Origin: a virus
Taxonomy: Duplodnaviria > Caudoviricetes
Strand: one strand, 5' to 3'
Virus record (IMG/VR): IMGVR_UViG_3300027679_000022
Span: 1-31,437 of that record
Length of the DNA stretch: 31,437 bases
The stretch's first letter is position 1. Every line of letters starts with the position of its first letter. The translations under genes and the position numbers were made by a program. The notes beneath the pieces are model-generated. The model had not been told where the DNA came from, ran no database searches, and worked only from the letters and a program-made list of their open reading frames with translations. Positions 23,379 to 31,437 of the stretch are shown here, in pieces.

Positions 23379-26300
23379 TGGTTCAGTACATTAAATCTGT
23401 TGTTGCTGAAGTTTCACCAAACCTTTATGTTGCTGCTAAATCTGCAGGTTTAACTGGTGTAGAGTTAACTCAAGTAGAACAAATGAGTTACACAATTAAA
23501 AAGCATCGTGAACTTGCTAAACTTGATACTGAAATTGCACGCAAACAATTTGATGGTTTAGATACTGGTGTACAAGACCAATTAAAGTTTATGTTTAAAG
23601 ATGCTGATTACATGCAAGCAGCACCAGATGTGAGTGACCGTCTTTTGGGCGTTGTTAAAAATGTTGGTAAAGTACTTGCTTCGCCTCTTATTGGTTTGTT
23701 TAAATTAGGTGGACAGTATAATCGTTTAATTAACGAACCCTATAAGGTTGCACGTCAGGTTGCACAAGGTGCAGATTTGTTTTCTATGAAAACATGGACA
23801 GATGCATGGGATGGCAAAAATCAATATGACCTTGGTGCGCTAAAAGAAGCAACAGATTACTTTGGTAAGTATGATGTTGAAGTTGCCAAGGGTTTACTTT
23901 ATGGTAAGACCCCTGGTGAAATTGTACAAGATTTTGGTAAACTAGATGCAGAACTACTTAACTCAATTAAAAAAGCATATGATGACCCTGATGCATTTAA
24001 ATTAGTTTTAGACGGAGTTAAATATGCACAGGTTTCTCCAGGTCGAGACATTGCTCGCATGCTTGACCGTAGACCACCTTCAAGCGGTGTTAGTAGTAAA
24101 ACTAAAAATGTTTCTGGCTACATTGACTTTATGTATCAGATTGCAGTAGACCCACTTACTTGGATGACAGGTGGACTTAGTAAAGGTGTTACCAAGGGTG
24201 AGCGTATTACTAACTCATTACTTAAGATGATTGATAATGGCGTTCCAGTTGAACGCGCCGTTGACACTATATTTAAAGAACCATTAGTGTTTAGATTGTG
24301 GGAAGATGGTATTGGTCCTGCACTTAAAAAGGTTGCAGATTCTAAAGGTGATGCTGGAGCACGTTCATTAGCACTTGACAATATTGCTAAAAACTTTCCA
24401 GGGTATAATGACCCTAATGCAATTAAACTATTAAGTGAGTCTAAAGTATTTAATGCAATGAGTGCTCAAAGATTTTTTGAAGATGCAGGTAATTTAAACT
24501 TACTTATTGCTGGTCGTGTTGATGGAATAACCTACATGCGCAATGGTGTTGCTGTTGCACGTCAGCATCGTTTAATGTCTGATGCTATGGTTCGTAGACT
24601 TGATAGTAGATTTAATAACATGTCTCGTACTGCAGCAGAACGTAATGCTGACTTGCAACCAATCACTGCTGCTCTTCTTAATACTGAAGATTCCTTGCAA
24701 CGTCTAGTTACTAAAGACTCTGATATGTCTGCTTTGTTAAAGGCTAATGAGGAAATTAAAGGATGGAAAAAAATTGGGCAGATGGCTGCTCGTTCTCCAC
24801 AAGGATTAGAAGTACGTATTGGTGTTAATGCTATTGATACATCTGCTAACTTTACAGCACGTGCTCGTCAGTTGTTACCAAAAGAAATGGCTCAAGCATT
24901 AACAGTTCGATTTCTTGATTCAACTGCAGATGAGCAAATTGTTATTTTACGTAACCTAGATGCTGCAACTATGTACTCAATGGGTCTTGGCGGTAGTGTT
25001 AAGGGTGAAGAATTAATTATTAAGACCCTTCAGGATAAGTATGGTGACAAAGCAGGCTTTGCAACTAAAAGAGACCTTGCTATTAATCCAGAACATGCTA
25101 AGTTTGCACCAGCAAACTCTGTGCGCGAGTCTGAAACTGGCTTTTTTGTTAACACAGAAGGTCCAATTCAACCATATCAAAGTACATGGGCTGTTGGTTC
25201 ACTACCTTATGAGATTATTGGTTCAACTATTTGGGAAATTAAATCTAAGAAAAACATTATTAACGCACTTGGTGGCGCAACACAAGGTAATTTCTCAAAA
25301 AAGTTAGTTGATACTTGGTCTATCTTAACTTTGTTTCCACGTTTAGGTATACGTTCTGCAGTTGATGAAGCAACAATGTATTTATTGTCTGCACCAACTA
25401 AAGATATACGTCACTTTGCATCATTACAAGGTTTACGTTTAGGAAATATGTCTCGTGCTGCTACAGGTTCTAAATCTGCTAGTGGTCCAGTACGCAGAAG
25501 CATACAAGCGGCATTAAAGTTAGTGCCTAAATCTAATGCTGCTATACGAACTGGTAAGCAACCACGTTATTCACACGAAGAAGCCCTATCAATAATGGAC
25601 CGTGAAAACATTATAAATGCTAAGGCTATTGAACTTGATGTAGCCCCAGCAATGATGTCTAGTCTCCAAAAACGTCAGGCTATTGCAGAACATATTTCTA
25701 ATATGTATGGTCGTTATGTTGATAAAGAATCCGTTGGCTATCTTATGCAATCATTTGTTCATTCACCTGACGCATTAAACTCTATGGCTGCATCAATTGT
25801 TGCTGCTAGTGGTATTTCTGGTCGCTATGGCGATGAAGTAACCGCTTCTGTCATTACACCATCTATGCTTGATATGGCTTTTGCAGCACTTGGTATTAAA
25901 ATGGGTAAGGGTACACGTACTATTGATACTGGTATGTTGTCAGAACAAGAAGTTGCATTAGCACACTTTGAAAAATGGTTTAAAATGTTGGCTGGTAACA
26001 AGGCTAAATTAAGCGATGAAGTTACACTTAATCCAGCAGACATATTCTTTAGATACAATGCATTAAAGCCAGGTGAGATTGACCCTCGTACTGGTAAGGA
26101 AATGATGGAACTAGCACTTGATGCTGGTATGACTAAAATTGGTTTTAAGTTTGATGAGTTAACTAAAACTTGGATTGTTAAAGATGCTGCAGACCAAAAA
26201 ACTGTTAATGCGTTTTTAGAACTTTCTATGTATACAGTGCAAGCCAGAGCAAAAGGCTTAAGCGATGAGCAGATTGTGCGTGGACAGTTATTCCGTATGT

Positions 26301-28504
26301 TTACTGATATGTTTGAAACATTTCATGGAGATGTAAACAAGTTTAATGAAGGTTTGCTTAAGGTAGTTAAAAGTAGTTATCGTGAATTAGAAAGAATGGC
26401 TGCTAACAGTGGTCGTATACCTTCATGGAATGAAGCAGTTGCTCGTATTCCATTAGATGAGTTTCATGATGCAAGTAAGGGGTTTCGTATTAGTGGACCA
26501 ATTAATACTGAACTAGCATTTGGTGATTTTAATATTGAAACTGTATTTAAGCGTGCAGGTAATACCATGATGGACTGGATGGACCAACAAGTAACAGGTG
26601 TATTCCGTCAGCCAGCAATTATGGTTACATACACAGGTCTTCGTAAGAAGTATGCAGGTATTGAGAGCGAGTTTGTACGTCAACAAGTAGCACGTGAGAT
26701 GGGTCCTTTCCCTGGTGCTACTCAAAAGCAAATTGATGCTGTTACTGAAAAGTATAAAGGTGTAGCAGAAAAACGATTTACTGAATTAGCAGTGCGTGAA
26801 GCAGCAGATACTATTCTTAAGTTTGCTGATAACCCTAAGATTCGTTCTAACTTTGCTTTTAGCATACGTACTGTAGGTCGTTACTATCGTGCAACAGAAG
26901 ACTTCTATCGCCGTATATATCGTTTGAAAGATGTTGCACCACGTACGTTATATCGCTTGCGTTTGTCTAATGTAGGCATTGAAGCAAGCGGCGCTATTCA
27001 TAATGATTCTAATGGTGAACCGTATGTAGTAATGCCTATGGATAATGTAATCTTTAAAGCAACTAATGGAACAATTGGTATGCTAACTGGACAGGGATTG
27101 CAAGGATATAAACAGCCTTTGTTTAATGAGTTTACATTTAAACTTCGCATGGTTAACCCATCATTCTCGCAAGATGCTGGTCTTCCTACATTATCTGGTC
27201 CTATTGCAGGTCTTAGCGTTATTGCGCTTAAAAATATATTAGGTGTAGTACCAGGTAAGATTCCATTTATTGGTGATACATTACAGCCATACTCACAGCA
27301 ACTAGGTGAGAGTATTGATACATTTGCACTAGGTAACATTGGCGATAACGTAGATATTTTTCGCGCTATAGTTCCTTCTTCTTTGCAACGTGTATGGGGA
27401 ATGCTTCCATTTGATGAGAAGTCTCGTCAAGAGACAACTGCTGCTATGCAGGCAATTGCTTATGATGCAGCACATGGTAGAGGTATTGACCCTAATGCTA
27501 GTGATGAGGATAAGGCTAAGTATCTAAATAACATTCGTATCTCAGCACACAATGTGTTGTTTATGCGTCATTTCTTGGGGCTGTTATCACCTGTTGCTCC
27601 TACTACTATGGAGTCTGTAGGTGTTCCTGATTACATCAAGGATACTGGTATCTCTAGTCTACGTTCAGAGTTCTTTGACATCCTTAATGGTGTTATTGCA
27701 TCTAGCGATGGAGACGTTACAGACCCATACGAAGAAGCATTGGCTACCTATATTGGTACTAACCCAGGTAAACTTATCTATACAGTATCTCGTGAAGATA
27801 AGCAGACTAGTGTTCTTATTAAGAACACAGATAAGTTAAAGAACTGGGGCATTAAGAATGCCAAGTTGATAGAGCAATACGGTGAAGTAGCATACATATT
27901 TGCACCACAAATTGGTGACTTCAATGCTGCTACATACAATTGGATTCAATCAGCAGGTCTTGTTGAGAGCAAAAGTCTTGAAGATTACTATAGAGATTTG
28001 CAGGTAGCAGAAGACAAACAAAAGTATTACAACATTGCACGTCAGGAAAAAGAAATCCTAAGTAATATGTCAGACCCAGAACTGCGTGCAAACGTTATCC
28101 AAGCAGCAACTGAACAACGTGCTGCGCTTAAGGCTAATAACCCATTACTTAACTCAGAACTTATTGGCAGTGGTAATACCATTGGTAATGAAACAGTATT
28201 AATGAATAGCCTAGAACAAATGATTATTAACCCTAATGTTAATATCAATCCAGCAACACGTCAACGTATGGCATTAGCCATTAAGATGATGCGTGATTTT
28301 ATTGCACTTGCTACTGACCCAGAATTAAAAAATGTAATTAATAGAACACAAATAAAGGCTGAACGTAAAGCACAGATTGAGGCTGACTTGAATGAATTAA
28401 TGATAGGCGATTTATATCTAAAAGAAGCAAACCGAGCAATCTTTAAATCTATTCTTAACTTTTATTCACGTGATTCATACTATACTTTTAAGGAGTTAAT
28501 GTAA
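23378..28504 (+). CDS. Very large probable internal virion/ejection protein (1708 aa)
   Basis: Long helical ORF in the morphogenesis operon. Size and composition resemble podovirus core proteins; no enzymatic motif recognised. Confidence 0.65.
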   Translation: MVQYIKSVVAEVSPNLYVAAKSAGLTGVELTQVEQMSYTIKKHRELAKLDTEIARKQFDGLDTGVQDQLKFMFKDADYMQAAPDVSDRLLGVVKNVGKVLASPLIGLFKLGGQYNRLINEPYKVARQVAQGADLFSMKTWTDAWDGKNQYDLGALKEATDYFGKYDVEVAKGLLYGKTPGEIVQDFGKLDAELLNSIKKAYDDPDAFKLVLDGVKYAQVSPGRDIARMLDRRPPSSGVSSKTKNVSGYIDFMYQIAVDPLTWMTGGLSKGVTKGERITNSLLKMIDNGVPVERAVDTIFKEPLVFRLWEDGIGPALKKVADSKGDAGARSLALDNIAKNFPGYNDPNAIKLLSESKVFNAMSAQRFFEDAGNLNLLIAGRVDGITYMRNGVAVARQHRLMSDAMVRRLDSRFNNMSRTAAERNADLQPITAALLNTEDSLQRLVTKDSDMSALLKANEEIKGWKKIGQMAARSPQGLEVRIGVNAIDTSANFTARARQLLPKEMAQALTVRFLDSTADEQIVILRNLDAATMYSMGLGGSVKGEELIIKTLQDKYGDKAGFATKRDLAINPEHAKFAPANSVRESETGFFVNTEGPIQPYQSTWAVGSLPYEIIGSTIWEIKSKKNIINALGGATQGNFSKKLVDTWSILTLFPRLGIRSAVDEATMYLLSAPTKDIRHFASLQGLRLGNMSRAATGSKSASGPVRRSIQAALKLVPKSNAAIRTGKQPRYSHEEALSIMDRENIINAKAIELDVAPAMMSSLQKRQAIAEHISNMYGRYVDKESVGYLMQSFVHSPDALNSMAASIVAASGISGRYGDEVTASVITPSMLDMAFAALGIKMGKGTRTIDTGMLSEQEVALAHFEKWFKMLAGNKAKLSDEVTLNPADIFFRYNALKPGEIDPRTGKEMMELALDAGMTKIGFKFDELTKTWIVKDAADQKTVNAFLELSMYTVQARAKGLSDEQIVRGQLFRMFTDMFETFHGDVNKFNEGLLKVVKSSYRELERMAANSGRIPSWNEAVARIPLDEFHDASKGFRISGPINTELAFGDFNIETVFKRAGNTMMDWMDQQVTGVFRQPAIMVTYTGLRKKYAGIESEFVRQQVAREMGPFPGATQKQIDAVTEKYKGVAEKRFTELAVREAADTILKFADNPKIRSNFAFSIRTVGRYYRATEDFYRRIYRLKDVAPRTLYRLRLSNVGIEASGAIHNDSNGEPYVVMPMDNVIFKATNGTIGMLTGQGLQGYKQPLFNEFTFKLRMVNPSFSQDAGLPTLSGPIAGLSVIALKNILGVVPGKIPFIGDTLQPYSQQLGESIDTFALGNIGDNVDIFRAIVPSSLQRVWGMLPFDEKSRQETTAAMQAIAYDAAHGRGIDPNASDEDKAKYLNNIRISAHNVLFMRHFLGLLSPVAPTTMESVGVPDYIKDTGISSLRSEFFDILNGVIASSDGDVTDPYEEALATYIGTNPGKLIYTVSREDKQTSVLIKNTDKLKNWGIKNAKLIEQYGEVAYIFAPQIGDFNAATYNWIQSAGLVESKSLEDYYRDLQVAEDKQKYYNIARQEKEILSNMSDPELRANVIQAATEQRAALKANNPLLNSELIGSGNTIGNETVLMNSLEQMIINPNVNINPATRQRMALAIKMMRDFIALATDPELKNVINRTQIKAERKAQIEADLNELMIGDLYLKEANRAIFKSILNFYSRDSYYTFKELM

Positions 28505-30114
28505 TGGCTAAATATACAAATGATGCTAAATACATTAATCTTTATAATCAAGCAACTAAAACTGGAGAAGAGTATAAAAGGGCTCTTGCTCGTTTAGATG
28601 CGGCTAAGCCTAATACACAAGGATGGACCTTTGCAAAAGTTCAGTATGATATTGCAAAAAGAAAGTATGATGTTGCTGAAGCAGCACGTCTTGCTCGTAA
28701 AAAAGAAATTGACGATGCTGCAGCAAAAGAAAAAGAAGATAAAGAATCAATTAATGCTACGGCATTAGCCAAAGCCGATATTCCTCTAATTGAATTAGAG
28801 TTACAAAAAGCAATTAACAGAGGCGACAAGGCAGCAGAAGCGGCAGCAAGAACTGCGCTTAAGGCTGCTCAAGATAAGGTTGCTGGTGTTAAGCCAGTAG
28901 TAACCCCAGGTAGTACTACAGAAGGCAATCCAGAAGAAATAACTAACAATAAGTTTAAAGACTATACGGTTAACTCTGATGGTACTGTTACTGGACCTGG
29001 TAGTGCAGATGCATCAGGTGTTAGAACCTATTTTGTTAGCATTAAGAATCCTGATGGTTCTTCTTCAATGCAACCATATACAAGTGTTGTAAAGGCTCGT
29101 GAAGAATTTCTTAAGAGATATCCAGGACCAGGTGGCTTAGATAAACTTAAGCAAGAATTGCTTGCTAAAAATTATATTAAACGTAGTGAACTATCGGGTT
29201 ATGACTGGCTTCCTGGTCTTGACCTAATGATTAGTAAATATACTTATGAAGCAGTTAGTGCTGTTAAGTATGGTGGTGCTAAAGAAGCACCACTAATTGA
29301 TGTATGGTTTGCTAGTTCTAAAGGTGGAGTAAGTGCAGGGACAAGCAAGGGTGGTACCTTTAAGGATTCAGACCTTAACTTAACTACTATTGGCGATGCA
29401 TATACTGAAATCAATGAATACATGATTGATGCCATAGGCAGAGCAGCAACACAAGAAGAAAAAGATGCTTACTATAAAGATATTAATACACGTGAATTAA
29501 AGTCAAGTGTTGAAACTGTTAGTGTTCGTGACTCAACTGGAAAGATAACTAAAAGCACACGTACTGGTGCTTTTCTTACACCAGATGAACGGCTTAATGC
29601 TAAGAACGCTATTGTTATAAATACATTACAGGGTACAGATGCAGGTGAACTTCTTAAGTCTGCTAAGGGTAGCCAAGTTGCTGTTCAAATTGGTTTGTTA
29701 CAAAAGGCTTCGGCTGATTATGGGCAGCCATTAACAGCAGGCGAAGCGCTTAGGTATGTTATTGCTGGTGGTGCAGAAAAAGACGCTATAGAAAAACAAA
29801 CAGAAATTATGCGTTTAAATGCTATGACTGTATATAGCAATCTTAGAGAGCACATTAAAGATGGTGGAACTGTTAAAAGTATTACTGACCAGTATGCAAG
29901 ACTTAAATCACTAAAGTTGGGAATAGCAATTCCTAACTCATTAGTTGACCAAGATGTTATAGCAGCAGTTACAAAAGAAGGCGGACTTATGAGTACCGCA
30001 GAGTTTACTAGACAGATGCAAGCAAACCCACTATGGCGTCAAACAGATGAAGCACACGATGTTGCTGCTGACTTTGCTAACACTATACTTAAGTCGTTTG
30101 GATTCATGGGCTAA
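28504..30114 (+). CDS. Probable internal virion protein (536 aa)
   Basis: TAATG coupling; Ala/Lys-rich helical N-terminus. Confidence 0.6.
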   Translation: MAKYTNDAKYINLYNQATKTGEEYKRALARLDAAKPNTQGWTFAKVQYDIAKRKYDVAEAARLARKKEIDDAAAKEKEDKESINATALAKADIPLIELELQKAINRGDKAAEAAARTALKAAQDKVAGVKPVVTPGSTTEGNPEEITNNKFKDYTVNSDGTVTGPGSADASGVRTYFVSIKNPDGSSSMQPYTSVVKAREEFLKRYPGPGGLDKLKQELLAKNYIKRSELSGYDWLPGLDLMISKYTYEAVSAVKYGGAKEAPLIDVWFASSKGGVSAGTSKGGTFKDSDLNLTTIGDAYTEINEYMIDAIGRAATQEEKDAYYKDINTRELKSSVETVSVRDSTGKITKSTRTGAFLTPDERLNAKNAIVINTLQGTDAGELLKSAKGSQVAVQIGLLQKASADYGQPLTAGEALRYVIAGGAEKDAIEKQTEIMRLNAMTVYSNLREHIKDGGTVKSITDQYARLKSLKLGIAIPNSLVDQDVIAAVTKEGGLMSTAEFTRQMQANPLWRQTDEAHDVAADFANTILKSFGFMG

Positions 30115-31271
30115 TGGCAGATACAACAAATAGAACTGTTCCAAAAAATTTAAATAGTTCAGAAGCGCAAGAATATAATGAATATCTTAAAGGCAGGGCA
30201 ACACAAGGTTTGCTTTCTGCATCAGACAAAAAATGGACTGAAAATTATAATAAAAATAGATATGAATTATTAAAAGGAAAAGCCACACAAGGATTAAAAT
30301 TTACAGCAGCAGAACAAGCAGAGTCTGACTTTTTAATAAATCTAGGAGTTCGAGGTTTTGGCAATCCACCATTTAAAGATATTACTGAATCTGATGACAT
30401 TGACATGGCTACTCGTGATGCATTTGCAGCACTTAGAGATTTGTTTGCATCATATGGATTAAGCAGTCTTGCTGATGAAATCATGGGTTACATGACTAGT
30501 GGCAAAACAGCAGGAGAGGCGCTTATTGCGCTTAAGACTAATCCTAATGGAGCATATGCTAAACGTTTTGCAGGTAATTTTGCTCGTACTAAAAAGGGAC
30601 TTAATGCTATGTCTGAGTCTGCATACATTGAACTTGAAGATTCATATGCTAATACTCTTAGGGCATACGGTTTAGGTAACATGCTTAGTGTAGACCCTAA
30701 TCAAAACTGGAAACAATTTAGCGAATATATTGCAAATGATATTAATGCAATTGAGTTTAAAGACCGTATTTCTTCAGTTCAAGACCGTGTAGTTAATGCT
30801 GACCCTGCTATTAAGGCAATGTTTAAAGAGTTCTACCCAAGTCTTACTGACAAAGATTTGGTTGCTTACTTCCTTAATCCAGCAGAAACTATTGGTAAGT
30901 TAAAAGAGAAGGTAACGTCTGCTGAAATTGGTGCAGCGTTTACTGGACAAGGTTTATTAACCAGTCTTACATCAGCAAGTGACCTTGCTAGATACGGTAT
31001 TGACCGTGCTGGCGCACTTGAAGGTACTGCAAATATTGCAAGCGTATTACCAGAGAGTACTAAATTGGGTAACATTTATGGTGAAACTGGTATTAAATAT
31101 ACACAGGAAACTGGTGTAGAAGAATTCTTAAAGTCTAGCGATGCAGCAAAGCGCAAGCGTAATGTATTGGCTTCTAAAGAACGTGCTAACTTTGAAGGTA
31201 GTGCAGGTGCTGCACAGGGTGCTTTCTCAACAGGCTACTTAAAGAAATCATCAGTAGCAGGCTTAATATAA
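30114..31271 (+). CDS. Probable internal virion protein (385 aa)
   Basis: TAATG coupling; short internal duplication YLKGRATQGL / LLKGKATQGL. Confidence 0.6.
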   Translation: MADTTNRTVPKNLNSSEAQEYNEYLKGRATQGLLSASDKKWTENYNKNRYELLKGKATQGLKFTAAEQAESDFLINLGVRGFGNPPFKDITESDDIDMATRDAFAALRDLFASYGLSSLADEIMGYMTSGKTAGEALIALKTNPNGAYAKRFAGNFARTKKGLNAMSESAYIELEDSYANTLRAYGLGNMLSVDPNQNWKQFSEYIANDINAIEFKDRISSVQDRVVNADPAIKAMFKEFYPSLTDKDLVAYFLNPAETIGKLKEKVTSAEIGAAFTGQGLLTSLTSASDLARYGIDRAGALEGTANIASVLPESTKLGNIYGETGIKYTQETGVEEFLKSSDAAKRKRNVLASKERANFEGSAGAAQGAFSTGYLKKSSVAGLI

Positions 31272-31272
31272 A

Positions 31273-31361
31273 ATAGATTCCTATGTGACCGACCAGCCCA
31301 CATAGCGTAGAAGACTGGTAGTAAGAGCCAGGCTAGTTCCCCGACTAGAATCTGAGGCTTG
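31273..31361 (+). promoter_or_regulatory. Structured leader upstream of the probable scaffold gene
   Basis: CTATGTG/CACATAG stem whose loop ACCAG pairs with downstream CTGGT; CTAGTT/GACTAG hairpin; TAGATTC/GAATCTG and GAGCC/GGCTT stems. Confidence 0.55.
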
Positions 31362-31391
31362 CGATTCAAACGAATAGAAGGGTGGGTTGCT

Positions 31392-31437
31392 ATGAGCAAC
31401 AACTACTGGGATGAAGACGAAGACGACCTAGATACCG
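31392..31437 (+). CDS. Start of acidic protein, probable head scaffolding protein (truncated)
   Basis: MSNNYWDEDEDDLDT after a GAAGGGTGG SD. Function inferred from the acidic N-terminus and position. Confidence 0.5.
   Translation, partial: MSNNYWDEDEDDLDT

Noticed and set aside
23378-28504. 1708-aa protein as virion RNA polymerase or tape measure protein
   Set aside because: No DxDGD or T7-type polymerase motifs recognised, and no periodic tape-measure repeats or tail-assembly chaperone context.
31273-31385. HDV-like ribozyme (TTCCCCGA loop and CGAAT downstream)
   Set aside because: No P2 pairing after CGAAT and no proper P1.1/P4; topology incomplete.

Overview
About 31 kb of a tailed dsDNA phage genome, probably a low-GC podovirus-like phage of Actinobacteria. 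The host inference rests on WhiB, a BldD-like HTH and mycobacteriophage-style replication genes. The window looks circularly permuted. 1-4357 (+) holds the end of the tail module and a lysis cassette, followed by a bidirectional terminator. 4446-16378 (-) is an apparently complete early/replication arm: WhiB, sigma-like protein, metallophosphoesterase, DUF1599-like protein, split primase, resolvase, helicase, exonuclease, DUF932, lytic transglycosylase, BldD-like HTH, SSB and many unannotated Cys-rich micro-ORFs, but no DNA polymerase or integrase. 16.4-17.7 kb is a gene-free divergence region. 17722-31437 (+) holds an HTH-fused terminase, three basic proteins, portal, very large probable internal-virion proteins and the start of a probable scaffold gene. 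The most unusual feature is a ~1 kb densely base-paired non-coding element just upstream of the terminase. It contains five copies of one 2x3 internal-loop module (GCAG-ACG-C / G-A[A/C]-CTGC) in a consistent nested fold. Smaller structured elements lie in intergenic gaps: tandem pseudoknots, an anti-SD hairpin loop and a scaffold-gene leader. All functional calls come from by-eye motif recognition and all folds from manual pairing; no searches or folding programs were run.
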